Assembly: GCA_964602465.1 (NCBI GenBank)
Contig: CAZRQQ010000002.1
Location: 1-56,400, forward strand
Source of the DNA: an uncultured Candidatus Saccharibacteria bacterium
GTDB lineage: Bacteria; Patescibacteriota; Minisyncoccia; Phycocordibacterales; UBA9973
Length of the DNA: 56,400 nt
Direction: 5' to 3'
Shown here: one piece after another, positions 9,212 to 17,365 of the stretch
How positions within the stretch are numbered: position 1 is the stretch's first letter
How the letters are laid out: every line of letters begins with the position of its first letter
Made by a program: the position numbers and the translations under genes
The notes under the pieces: model-generated
Seen by the model: the letters and a program-made list of their open reading frames with translations, nothing else
Told to the model about the DNA's origin: nothing
Databases searched by the model: none

Positions 9212-10048
9212 ATGAAATCCTATAAACCTACAACCCAATCACGACGCAACACGCTCACGATCGAGTATCGTAAGTTCCTCACGCGTTCAAAGCCTGAGAA
9301 ATCTCTCACCAAGGGCAAGAAGCGCGCAGTCGGCCGCAACAACCTCGGTCGCATCACGACTCGTCACAAAGGAGGAGGCAACAAGCGCCTCTACCGTCTC
9401 GTCGACTTTTTGTACAACAAGCACAACATCCCTGCGCGCATTGCGTCAGTAGAATACGATCCAAACCGCTCTGCATTCATCGGTCTTGCGATCTACCGCG
9501 ATGGTGAGAAGCGCTACGTCGTCCTTCCAAAGGGGATCCAGGTCGGCACCACATTTACGGTCTCCGAAACTGCTCCTGTCGAACCCGGCAACCGTCTCCC
9601 GCTCAAGGCGATCCCTGCAGGTACCTTTGTATACAACATCGAGCTCAAGCCAGGTGCAGGTGCCAAGATCGTGCGCTCTGCAGGATCATTTGCTCAGGTT
9701 GTCGCGCAGCAAGACGGCTTCACCCAGCTCAAGCTTCCTTCTACTGAAATCCGCCGCGTCGCAGAACTCTGCTGGGCAACAGTTGGTACCGTCTCAAATG
9801 ATGAGAACAAACTTGTGAAGTATGGTAAGGCTGGTCGCTCAAGATGGAAAGGCATCCGTCCTACCGTCCGTGGTACTGCTATGAACCCAGTTGATCACCC
9901 ATACGGTGGTGGTGAAGGTGTACAAGGCCGTGGTACCAAGCGTCCCAAGACCCTCTGGGGTAAGGTTACTGGTGGCCGCAAGACACGCACCCCGAAGAAA
10001 TACTCCAACAAAGACGTCGTTACTCGACGCAAGGTTGGGAAGAAATAA
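9212..10048 (+). CDS. rplB: 50S ribosomal protein L2
   Basis: GRNN.GRITTRHKGGG and GGGEG motifs. Confidence 0.95.
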   Translation: MKSYKPTTQSRRNTLTIEYRKFLTRSKPEKSLTKGKKRAVGRNNLGRITTRHKGGGNKRLYRLVDFLYNKHNIPARIASVEYDPNRSAFIGLAIYRDGEKRYVVLPKGIQVGTTFTVSETAPVEPGNRLPLKAIPAGTFVYNIELKPGAGAKIVRSAGSFAQVVAQQDGFTQLKLPSTEIRRVAELCWATVGTVSNDENKLVKYGKAGRSRWKGIRPTVRGTAMNPVDHPYGGGEGVQGRGTKRPKTLWGKVTGGRKTRTPKKYSNKDVVTRRKVGKK

Positions 10049-10072
10049 TCTCCTCAAATACGAACTCACAAA

Positions 10073-10098
10073 AACCGCCCAAAAGGGTGGTTTTTGCT
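10073..10098 (+). terminator. rho-independent terminator after rplB
   Basis: aaccgccc-aaaa-gggtggtt followed by a T-run. Confidence 0.6.
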
Positions 10099-10113
10099 GC
10101 AATGGTTTTGATA

Positions 10114-10142
10114 TTGACAAAAATATAAAATTATGATATAAG
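10114..10142 (+). promoter_or_regulatory. promoter TTGACA-17-TATAAG; shares the TTGACAAAAATATAAAA block with 2969-2996
   Basis: Direct sequence identity of a 23-nt block to the fusA-tuf cassette promoter. Confidence 0.5.
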
Positions 10143-10184
10143 ATATGCAAATTCAAAATATTTTTTAACAACAAAAAAATCACA

Positions 10185-10778
10185 ATGATGACAGTATCAA
10201 GACAAACGGAAGAGTGGTTGAAACAAAATCAATTAACACTCTACAACCTCCTTAGTCTCGCCTTTGTGGCTCGAAGAACTTATGAGGATATGATGACAAA
10301 ACAAGCTCGGTGGCTCCCATCTTTACACCGACTTTTCATGGTAACTGAACTCGAAGAGTTTAGGCTTTCCGATGAAGAGTCTCAGAAGTACAACGATGAT
10401 AAGCAGACAAAGGCAAAAGTCCTTACTGATGAACTCATCGCAAGCTATCTGATAAAAGAGTGGAAGCAAACGGGCAAGTTGCCTGAAGAAAAGTATCTCC
10501 TTGTTACTGGAGAAAGAGCATCAAAGGATAAAACAGTCCTTACTGATCTCTTGATTAGAAAAATCAAAGGACAATCTGAAGATATTCCTATGGCTAAAAA
10601 TAATCAATCTACCAGCATCAACGGGGCCATTATTCCAACAGGTATTCTTAGTATTGCGACTACTGAAATAAAAACAGTACTGGAGTCTAAGAGTGGTGAT
10701 ATAGATCAATACCGAAAAACAAATGCAAAGGAATTAAAAAACCTTAGCATCATTCGTAGGAAATACTGCCACTATTAA
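10185..10778 (+). CDS. hypothetical protein (cassette in rplB-rpsS gap)
   Basis: 197-aa ORF, AT-rich. No recognisable domain. Confidence 0.5.
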   Translation: MMTVSRQTEEWLKQNQLTLYNLLSLAFVARRTYEDMMTKQARWLPSLHRLFMVTELEEFRLSDEESQKYNDDKQTKAKVLTDELIASYLIKEWKQTGKLPEEKYLLVTGERASKDKTVLTDLLIRKIKGQSEDIPMAKNNQSTSINGAIIPTGILSIATTEIKTVLESKSGDIDQYRKTNAKELKNLSIIRRKYCHY

Positions 10779-10803
10779 GGCGGGCGGTGAAGGATCTGCA
10801 ACT

Positions 10804-11451
10804 GTGAATATTACAGGAACATTTGGGCTCCATGCCATACAGGTACAAGTCAATACGGTACCAACCGCTCCTTTTATTTCAGGTCCAACATATGTTAAAC
10901 CTGGAGATACGTATTCTTTCGAGCTTCAGCGGCATACTCGTGACGATGTATATTGGGAAATTGAAAAAAACCCAACAGAAGTCGTTGGTATTCCAGATCT
11001 GCATGACAAAAAGAAGTATTCTGTAAAGGTTGAACCCGAGTGTAAGGATTGTGCTGTGACATTATATGTCAGGTTAAAAACCAACCGTTCGCTGGTCGCT
11101 CAAAAAAATATCAATATATTGGAAGCAGGTTCAAAAAAACAGCCTCCGATTATAAAGATAGGAAAGAAAGAGTATAGAATATCGAGCGGTGTGTATTTTC
11201 CTGAAACAGTTGCACAGGTTGATTATTTGTTCAACGAGTCGCAGGTATTGGAAATAGTTATCAATCCAATCCATCCCAGAATAAAAGACATGGGGTATAT
11301 GCAGTCCATGGACCATATATTGGCTGCAATAGCGAATGTTGCCATGATTGATCAGGTGTATGACAAACTGATTAATCCTAGTGAAGCACAAGGAATTGCC
11401 GAGAATTTTGTCGCTGTGATGAAAGACAGCTTGTTGAATAAAAAACAATAG
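10804..11451 (+). CDS. hypothetical protein (GTG start, possibly co-transcribed with 10185)
   Basis: 215-aa ORF directly downstream. No recognisable domain. Confidence 0.45.
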   Translation: MNITGTFGLHAIQVQVNTVPTAPFISGPTYVKPGDTYSFELQRHTRDDVYWEIEKNPTEVVGIPDLHDKKKYSVKVEPECKDCAVTLYVRLKTNRSLVAQKNINILEAGSKKQPPIIKIGKKEYRISSGVYFPETVAQVDYLFNESQVLEIVINPIHPRIKDMGYMQSMDHILAAIANVAMIDQVYDKLINPSEAQGIAENFVAVMKDSLLNKKQ

Positions 11452-11466
11452 ATTGCTCTTTACATC

Positions 11467-11494
11467 GAACCGGTTTCTACCGGTTCTTTTTATT
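11467..11494 (+). terminator. rho-independent terminator (gaaccggt-ttct-accggttc + T-run)
   Basis: 8-bp stem followed by TTTTTATTTT. Confidence 0.6.
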
Positions 11495-11522
11495 TTGACA
11501 AACCAATCCAGAGGAGTAGGAT
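11495..11522 (+). promoter_or_regulatory. cassette promoter TTGACA-16-TAGGAT
   Basis: Same architecture as 11980-12007 and 12560-12587. Confidence 0.45.
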
Positions 11523-11540
11523 AGGGAAAAAATTACAACT

Positions 11541-11942
11541 ATGAATATATCTGTTCATCCCCATGCGGGAAATCACACAGTCGACTCAGCGACGATCGTT
11601 GTGACAGGCAAAGATTTCAATATTATATTTAGAATCAACCCTCGAGGTGCCGTCGAAGTACAAAATGCTACAGATGTTTCTGCCACGATGCCATTTAAGG
11701 TACAACCAGATGGAAATATCGCACTTGATCCTAACTCTCGTGACCACGTAACTATCAAAGCCGGATTGGTGGGCATGGAAGGTGGGCCTGAGCTGAGTAT
11801 GACTGCACAAACATTGATGCAGCGACCTGTACATGTGATTACAAGTATAGGAAAGGGTACTCCGGTACTGAAAGTACGTGATGGAAGCGGTTGTTGGAAG
11901 CATGAAAACGTACTGGAATGGGCGCAAGAAGAGCGACAGTGA
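11541..11942 (+). CDS. hypothetical protein
   Basis: 133-aa ORF bracketed by a promoter and terminator. Confidence 0.45.
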   Translation: MNISVHPHAGNHTVDSATIVVTGKDFNIIFRINPRGAVEVQNATDVSATMPFKVQPDGNIALDPNSRDHVTIKAGLVGMEGGPELSMTAQTLMQRPVHVITSIGKGTPVLKVRDGSGCWKHENVLEWAQEERQ

Positions 11943-11949
11943 TACATCA

Positions 11950-11978
11950 AACTACTGAATAGTTCAGTAGTTTTTTAT
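11950..11978 (+). terminator. rho-independent terminator (aactactgaa-tag-ttcagtagtt + T-run)
   Basis: 10-bp perfect stem followed by TTTTTTATTTT. Confidence 0.65.
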
Positions 11979-11979
11979 T

Positions 11980-12007
11980 TTGACAAACTGGCGAGAGTGG
12001 GTAGTAT
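11980..12007 (+). promoter_or_regulatory. cassette promoter TTGACA-16-TAGTAT
   Basis: The TTG that the ORF track uses as the start of 11980..12525 is the -35 hexamer. Confidence 0.5.
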
Positions 12008-12027
12008 GGAGGAAAACATACCTTCAT

Positions 12028-12525
12028 ATGAAACAAAAAAGAAAAGTGCGTGCTGAAACATATCCAGCGAATGTGTTGGAAACCATCAACAAAAAGTTGA
12101 TCGACCGTATCTATACGGAAAAAAATAAATTTCTGGTAACACGTATAACAGATGCTTGTCTGGCTGCTTCGGCGAGTGATCTAAAGACACTCTTTGGGAG
12201 GCTTCCTGGTGCATATGACGGAGAGTTGATACATATCCTGTGCAATAAGCCTGGATCCAATCCTACTGGATTTCATATGGTCACCAAAACTCCCAAAAGG
12301 TTTGAGTTGCGGCGAGGTACCGAACTTATTGTCATACTTACTTCACCAAAAGAAATCTACAGTACTCATCATGAACCTGCTACAGCAAACGATATTGTTA
12401 TCAAAAAACAAACACGGTTCAAAAATCTGTTGAAGGAGCAGGGTATCAATCGAAGTAACTTCACCAGTTACGGCATCTTTTTGCTCGAACTGTGTTTTCA
12501 AACCAGGTCTTCCAAAATCGCATAA
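12028..12525 (+). CDS. hypothetical protein, paralog A (start revised to the ATG at 12028)
   Basis: In-frame ATG after a GGAGG. The internal block ACLAASASDLKTLFGRLPGAYDGELIHILC is similar to 12605 ALCLVAPPKELNKMFNGLRTYSASELAHILC. Confidence 0.5.
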   Translation: MKQKRKVRAETYPANVLETINKKLIDRIYTEKNKFLVTRITDACLAASASDLKTLFGRLPGAYDGELIHILCNKPGSNPTGFHMVTKTPKRFELRRGTELIVILTSPKEIYSTHHEPATANDIVIKKQTRFKNLLKEQGINRSNFTSYGIFLLELCFQTRSSKIA

Positions 12526-12531
12526 GTACAT

Positions 12532-12560
12532 AAACCCTTTTCAGTAGGGTTTATTTTTTT
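12532..12560 (+). terminator. rho-independent terminator (aaaccct-tttcagt-agggttt + T-run)
   Basis: Near-identical to the terminator at 600-623. Confidence 0.65.
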
Positions 12561-12587
12561 TGACAAAAAAGCCTAGGTGAGTAGTAT
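12560..12587 (+). promoter_or_regulatory. cassette promoter TTGACA-16-TAGTAT
   Basis: Third copy of the promoter architecture. Confidence 0.5.
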
Positions 12588-12604
12588 GAAGAAAAATTAA
12601 AAAC

Positions 12605-13159
12605 ATGAAAAGACCATATAAGTTTTTGCAGGACAAAGATTTCTCCTGTAGCGACATCACACCATCGTATGTTGATGCTATATACAAAGAAAGAGGTGAT
12701 GGTAATCTTGCTCAATACATCACAGCGCTATGTCTTGTTGCTCCACCGAAAGAACTCAATAAGATGTTTAATGGTTTACGAACGTATTCTGCAAGTGAGC
12801 TTGCGCACATTCTGTGTGCTGAAACTGCTTCGCGTGCGGTGAATAAATTTACAATACAAAACCGACAAGCAACTCAATTTGATCTATTTCGGAACGGCAG
12901 TCTCTTGAGAAGGTTTAAACAAAGGTGTCTCCACATTCCTACGTTTAATCAAAAAAAATCTGAACAAGAAATTGCACCCGAAGAATTTCAGAGCCTTCTT
13001 GTGCAACACGGTATTACTGAGAGTATTCTTGCTGAATGCTTGATTAAGCCAGTACCACCTCCGCCATATCTGTACAATATTCCCGAATGGAATGCTGTAG
13101 TTACTCCGGTGTACCGACCACTACGGCACATAGATCATCTCAAAGCCCTTTCAGCGTAA
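12605..13159 (+). CDS. hypothetical protein, paralog B of 12028..12525
   Basis: Shared motif ...ELxHILC... with the upstream gene. 184 aa. Confidence 0.5.
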   Translation: MKRPYKFLQDKDFSCSDITPSYVDAIYKERGDGNLAQYITALCLVAPPKELNKMFNGLRTYSASELAHILCAETASRAVNKFTIQNRQATQFDLFRNGSLLRRFKQRCLHIPTFNQKKSEQEIAPEEFQSLLVQHGITESILAECLIKPVPPPPYLYNIPEWNAVVTPVYRPLRHIDHLKALSA

Positions 13160-13187
13160 TGAAGGGGCTTTTGTTATACTTAGCGGT

Positions 13188-13580
13188 ATGGAAAAACTAT
13201 CAGAGCGAAAGCGGTTTTCGATCATTGCACGGGCGCGGAGTTTCCGGCATGCGCTTCGGGGGATTGGGATCATATTCAAGACGCAGCACAATGCGTGGAT
13301 CCATGGGGTTGCAGCGGTAGTAGTTATCGGACTTGGACTCTGGCTCAAGATTAGTGCAGGGGAATGGGCGGGGATCCTCCTATCGGTGACGAGTGTGCTT
13401 GCCGCAGAAGCATTCAATACTGCCGTAGAGATAGACATCGATCTCACGAGCCCTAATTATCACCCTTATGCGCGGGACACCAAGGACGTCGCCTCTGCTG
13501 CAGTGCTCATTACTGCTCTCGGAGCAGCGCTGGTTGGGATTGTGGTGTTTGTACCCAAGCTTTTCGTGCTATTTTCATAA
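13188..13580 (+). CDS. dgkA: diacylglycerol kinase / undecaprenol kinase family protein
   Basis: 130 aa with three TM helices. Conserved EAFNTAVE and SAAVLI motifs typical of DgkA. Confidence 0.7.
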   Translation: MEKLSERKRFSIIARARSFRHALRGIGIIFKTQHNAWIHGVAAVVVIGLGLWLKISAGEWAGILLSVTSVLAAEAFNTAVEIDIDLTSPNYHPYARDTKDVASAAVLITALGAALVGIVVFVPKLFVLFS

Positions 13581-13636
13581 ATCTTCGGCCGCAGTCGTTT
13601 AGATTTTCATCATACTAGTACGGGTAGTATACGTAC

Positions 13637-13900
13637 ATGTTTTACGTGTATTGTTTGGAAAGTAAGGTTCGAGAACGCGAACTGTATTTTGGATGCACTA
13701 CCGATTTGAAACGTAGATTGATTGAACATAATACTGGACTTAACAAATCCACAAAACGCTACATACCGTGGAAGCTTATTTACTATGAAGCCTGCCTATC
13801 GGAGGTTGATGCATACCGAAGGGAGGAATACCTAAAAACCAGTACCGGAAGGAGGATGTTTTCAAGGAGAATTAGTGGGTATTTGAGGGGCCGGATTTGA
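13637..13900 (+). CDS. GIY-YIG nuclease family protein (stand-alone, UPF0213-like)
   Basis: FYVYCL...YFGCTTDLKRRLIEHN is the GIY-YIG motif. 87 aa. Confidence 0.8.
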   Translation: MFYVYCLESKVRERELYFGCTTDLKRRLIEHNTGLNKSTKRYIPWKLIYYEACLSEVDAYRREEYLKTSTGRRMFSRRISGYLRGRI

Positions 13901-13977
13901 CCCGGAAGTGAGCCTTGGCATAGTACTCCGTACAGACGCGGCTTTGCCGCAATGCCAAGATCTACTTCCGGGTTGAC
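13900..13977 (+). repeat. structured 78-nt repeat element, copy 1 (hairpin module ending in -35 TTGAC)
   Basis: cccggaagtgagccttggcat...atgccaagatctacttccggg is a long imperfect inverted repeat enclosing gtac-tcc-gtac and gcggc-ttt-gccgc hairpins. About 95% identical to 20055-20134. Confidence 0.8.
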
Positions 13978-14000
13978 ATTGGCGCTCAATTTGCTACTAT
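13973..14000 (+). promoter_or_regulatory. promoter TTGACA-16-TACTAT for rpsS segment, overlapping the repeat's end
   Basis: -35 formed by the last bases of the repeat. Confidence 0.45.
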
Positions 14001-14038
14001 ACTCGCAGCTCAAAACGGGCTTCTTTTTTTCCTAGACT

Positions 14039-14383
14039 ATGACACGATCACTTGCAAAAGGTCCCTATATTGACGAAAAGCTCCTCAAGAAGATTGCGGG
14101 CAAACAACCACTCTCAGCAGGGGTTATCAAGACGTGGGCACGTGCAAGTCAGATCGCGCCTGAAATGGTCGGATTTACCTTTGGAGTCCACAATGGCCGC
14201 CAGCACCTCGAAGTCCTCGTTACCGAAGACATGGTAGGTCACCGCTTGGGAGAATTTAGTCCAACTCGCAAATTTACCCGCCACGGTGGAAAGATGCAGA
14301 AGGAAATCGACCAGAAGAAAAAGGAAGCTGAAATCACTGCTGCAAAGGCTGCAAAAGCGACTACTACCGAAGCTAAGAAATAA
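14039..14383 (+). CDS. rpsS: 30S ribosomal protein S19 (with Lys/Ala-rich C-terminal extension)
   Basis: GPYID..L...I...R.S.I.P.MVG....VHNG motif. Confidence 0.9.
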   Translation: MTRSLAKGPYIDEKLLKKIAGKQPLSAGVIKTWARASQIAPEMVGFTFGVHNGRQHLEVLVTEDMVGHRLGEFSPTRKFTRHGGKMQKEIDQKKKEAEITAAKAAKATTTEAKK

Positions 14384-14385
14384 GT

Positions 14386-14772
14386 ATGAAAGCAACACTC
14401 TCCAACTATCGCCAATCACCGCGTAAAGTCCGCCTCGTCACTGATGCGGTCAAGGGCAAGACTGTTGCCGATGCTGACACGACGCTTACCTATCTCGTAA
14501 AGCGTGGCGCGCTCCCGATCCAAAAGCTCGTGAAGAGTGCAGTTGCAAATGCAGTTGCAGCAGGCGCTGATGCGGACACGCTCATGATCAAGAACATCGA
14601 AGTAAACAAGGGCTTTGTGCTCAAGCGCTCTATCCCTCGTGCGATGGGTCGTGCAACGCCGATCAATAAACGAACCTCGCATATCACCGTAACGCTAAGC
14701 GAAGTTCGTAATACCCAAGTTCCAAGCACCAATAAGCAAAAAGGTCGCAAGGCAAGGGCAAAGGCCGAATAA
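14386..14772 (+). CDS. rplV: 50S ribosomal protein L22
   Basis: L22 signature and position. Confidence 0.9.
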   Translation: MKATLSNYRQSPRKVRLVTDAVKGKTVADADTTLTYLVKRGALPIQKLVKSAVANAVAAGADADTLMIKNIEVNKGFVLKRSIPRAMGRATPINKRTSHITVTLSEVRNTQVPSTNKQKGRKARAKAE

Positions 14773-14802
14773 TGATTATTGGAATTTGAGTATTAACCAT
14801 TT

Positions 14803-15474
14803 ATGTCTAAAGTTGTCCACCCATATTCACATCGTCTCGTTATCCTCCGTGATTGGAAGTCACGCTGGTTTGCAATGGACAAAAAGTATGTCGCAAATCT
14901 CAAGGTTGACGTCGCACTTCGCGAATACCTCGACAAGCGTCTCCGTGGGTCATACCTATCGAGTACTGAGATCGAACGCGGTCAAAACATGATCCGCGTG
15001 ATCCTTCGCACCTCTCGCCCCGGTATGATCATCGGACGTAGTGGTGAAGGTGCAACCAAGCTCAAGGCAGATATCCTCAAAGAGCTCAAGCGCAAAAAGC
15101 TCGCGGTGACTGAAGACATCAAGCTCGAAATCGTGGAAGTAACGAGTCCTGACTCTGATGCAAAGCTCGTTGCGTACATGATCGCCGAAGGCCTCGAAAA
15201 GCGTCTCCCATACCGACGCGTGATGAAGCAGCTTATCGAAAAGGTGATGGCAGTGCGTGGTGTACAGGGAGTGAAGTTCTACCTCGGCGGACGTCTTGGT
15301 GGTGCTGAAATCTCACGAAGTGAAGTGCTCAAGCGTGGCTCTATCCCGCTTCAGACCTTCCGTGCAGATATCGACTTTGCCCGCGAGCGTGCAACGCTTT
15401 CCTACGGTGTGATCGGCATCAAAGTATGGATCTACAAGGGTCAGGTCTTTGATACTGACAAAAAGAGTAAATAA
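14803..15474 (+). CDS. rpsC: 30S ribosomal protein S3
   Basis: KH domain and S3 C-terminal motifs (GRLGGAEI.R). Confidence 0.93.
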   Translation: MSKVVHPYSHRLVILRDWKSRWFAMDKKYVANLKVDVALREYLDKRLRGSYLSSTEIERGQNMIRVILRTSRPGMIIGRSGEGATKLKADILKELKRKKLAVTEDIKLEIVEVTSPDSDAKLVAYMIAEGLEKRLPYRRVMKQLIEKVMAVRGVQGVKFYLGGRLGGAEISRSEVLKRGSIPLQTFRADIDFARERATLSYGVIGIKVWIYKGQVFDTDKKSK

Positions 15475-15476
15475 CT

Positions 15477-15893
15477 ATGCTATTCCCAAAGAAAGTAAAA
15501 TTTAGAAAGTGGCACAAGAAGCGAACCAAGATGGAGGATCGCGTCGAAACACGTGGTACCAAGGTCAACTTCGGCTCACATGGGCTCAAGACCGAATCAC
15601 TCGCGCGCATCACCTCAAACCAGATCGAAGCTGCCCGCAAAGCTGCATCACGCCACCTCGGCAAGACTGGTCGTATGTGGATCCGTGTCTTTCCAGACCG
15701 ACCAATCACCTCAAAGCCTGCCGAAGTACCGATGGGCGGAGGAAAGGGCGACCTCCAAGGGTATTGCATGGAAGTGCTCCCAGGCCGCATCATCTTTGAA
15801 GTGGATGGGGTCGAAGCAGGAGTCGCAAAAGAAGCGCTTCGCAAGGCTGGTACCAAGCTCCCGCTCAAGACTCGAGTCGTCGAGCGCGTCTAG
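15477..15893 (+). CDS. rplP: 50S ribosomal protein L16
   Basis: R.GKG....W motif. Confidence 0.93.
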   Translation: MLFPKKVKFRKWHKKRTKMEDRVETRGTKVNFGSHGLKTESLARITSNQIEAARKAASRHLGKTGRMWIRVFPDRPITSKPAEVPMGGGKGDLQGYCMEVLPGRIIFEVDGVEAGVAKEALRKAGTKLPLKTRVVERV

Positions 15894-15933
15894 TTGGACA
15901 AAACCCAAAAAATAAGTACTATACTCACACATT

Positions 15934-16182
15934 ATGAAATCTGAAACCACACACAAACACATACTCAAAGGGACCGTTGTCTCTGACAAGATGGATAAGA
16001 CCGTCGTGGTTTCTGTTACGCGCTTTGTGAAGCATCCCAAGTATCAAAAGTACTTCAAGATCTCCAAGAAGTTCAAGGCGCATGATGAAGACAACAGTGC
16101 GAAAGTGGGGGATTTGGTCGAACTCAAAGAAACTCGTCCTCGTTCAAAGGATAAGCACTTCGAAGTAATCAAACAGAGTTAA
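15934..16182 (+). CDS. rpsQ: 30S ribosomal protein S17
   Basis: GTVVSDKMDKTVVV...HDE..SAKVGD.V.L.ETRP.SK motif. No rpmC between rplP and rpsQ. Confidence 0.88.
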   Translation: MKSETTHKHILKGTVVSDKMDKTVVVSVTRFVKHPKYQKYFKISKKFKAHDEDNSAKVGDLVELKETRPRSKDKHFEVIKQS

Positions 16183-16186
16183 TTGT

Positions 16187-16558
16187 ATGTTGCAAGATGG
16201 ATCAATCGTAAAAATCACAGACAATGCCGGCGGACAAATCGGTAAGATTTTCAAAGTGCTCGGTGGTTCAAAGCGCCGCTATGCAGGTATTGGGGATGTG
16301 GTCGTGCTCTCAGTCAAAGTCGCGCAGCCTCGCAAGGCCGTGAAGAAAAAGGACGTACTCTACGCAGTAGTGGTGCGCCAAAAGAACGCCTTTCGTCGCA
16401 AGGATGGTTCATACATTCGCTTTGATGACAATGCAGTGGTGATCATTGACAAGGGCAAGAAAGAACCGAAGGCTGGTCGTATCTTTGGTCCAATCCCGCG
16501 TGAGATCGGTGAGCTCGGCTATCAGAAAATCGTATCACTCGCACCGGAAGTGCTATAA
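16187..16558 (+). CDS. rplN: 50S ribosomal protein L14
   Basis: MLQ..S...DN.G motif at the N-terminus. Confidence 0.95.
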   Translation: MLQDGSIVKITDNAGGQIGKIFKVLGGSKRRYAGIGDVVVLSVKVAQPRKAVKKKDVLYAVVVRQKNAFRRKDGSYIRFDDNAVVIIDKGKKEPKAGRIFGPIPREIGELGYQKIVSLAPEVL

Positions 16559-16570
16559 CGAGTTACTACT

Positions 16571-16816
16571 ATGCATGTAAAGAAAGGAGACAACATTATC
16601 GTGATCGCAGGTAAGCACAAGGGCGCCAAGGGTACCGTTGGGCGTGTCACTGGCGAGCGCGTCATCGTCGACGGTGTAAATAAAGTGAAAGTGCACATCC
16701 GCGCAAAGAAAAAGAACGAAAAGGGTTCAGTCGTAGAACGCGAAGCGTCGATTCATCACTCAAACGTAAAGCTTGCTGAAAAGAAGGCGAAGGCATCTAC
16801 AAAGGTAGCAAAATAA
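16571..16816 (+). CDS. rplX: 50S ribosomal protein L24
   Basis: KOW motif KKGD.I.VIAGK.KG..G.V. Confidence 0.85.
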   Translation: MHVKKGDNIIVIAGKHKGAKGTVGRVTGERVIVDGVNKVKVHIRAKKKNEKGSVVEREASIHHSNVKLAEKKAKASTKVAK

Positions 16817-16826
16817 TTTACATACT

Positions 16827-17354
16827 ATGGAACTCATCAAGTCACAACAAGATAGCGCATACAAGACTCTCGGGTACAAGACCAAGCTTGCGGCACCGCG
16901 ACTCACCAAGATCGTGATCGCAAGTGGTACCGGTACTGGGATGAAGAAAGACCGCAACAAAAACGAAGCGATCATGGATCGTCTTACGAAGATCACTGGC
17001 CAGCGTCCAACCGTTCGTGCAGCAAAGAAATCAGTCGCATCATTTAAGGTTCGTCAAGGTGACCCGATCGGTGTTGCAGTAACCCTTCGCGGCGCACGCA
17101 TGTACCATTTCCTCGATAAACTCATCCACATTGCAATTCCTCGCACTAAGGACTTCCGTGGTATCGACCCTAAAGTTGTCGACACGATCGGCAACCTTAC
17201 GCTCGGCATCAAGGAGCACACGATCTTCCCAGAAACGTCTGACGAAGATCTCAAGGATGTGTTTGGATTTGCCATCACACTTGTCTCAACTGCAAAAGGC
17301 AAAGACGAAGCACTCAAATTCTTCACCCACCTCGGTATTCCGTTTAAGAAGTAA
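16827..17354 (+). CDS. rplE: 50S ribosomal protein L5
   Basis: L5 signature and position. Confidence 0.93.
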   Translation: MELIKSQQDSAYKTLGYKTKLAAPRLTKIVIASGTGTGMKKDRNKNEAIMDRLTKITGQRPTVRAAKKSVASFKVRQGDPIGVAVTLRGARMYHFLDKLIHIAIPRTKDFRGIDPKVVDTIGNLTLGIKEHTIFPETSDEDLKDVFGFAITLVSTAKGKDEALKFFTHLGIPFKK

Positions 17355-17365
17355 TACTACAAAAT

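Noticed and set aside
11980-12027. TTG start of ORF 11980..12525 from the six-frame track
   Set aside because: That TTG is the -35 hexamer (TTGACA) of a promoter whose architecture is repeated at 11495 and 12560. The in-frame ATG at 12028, preceded by GGAGG, is the plausible start.
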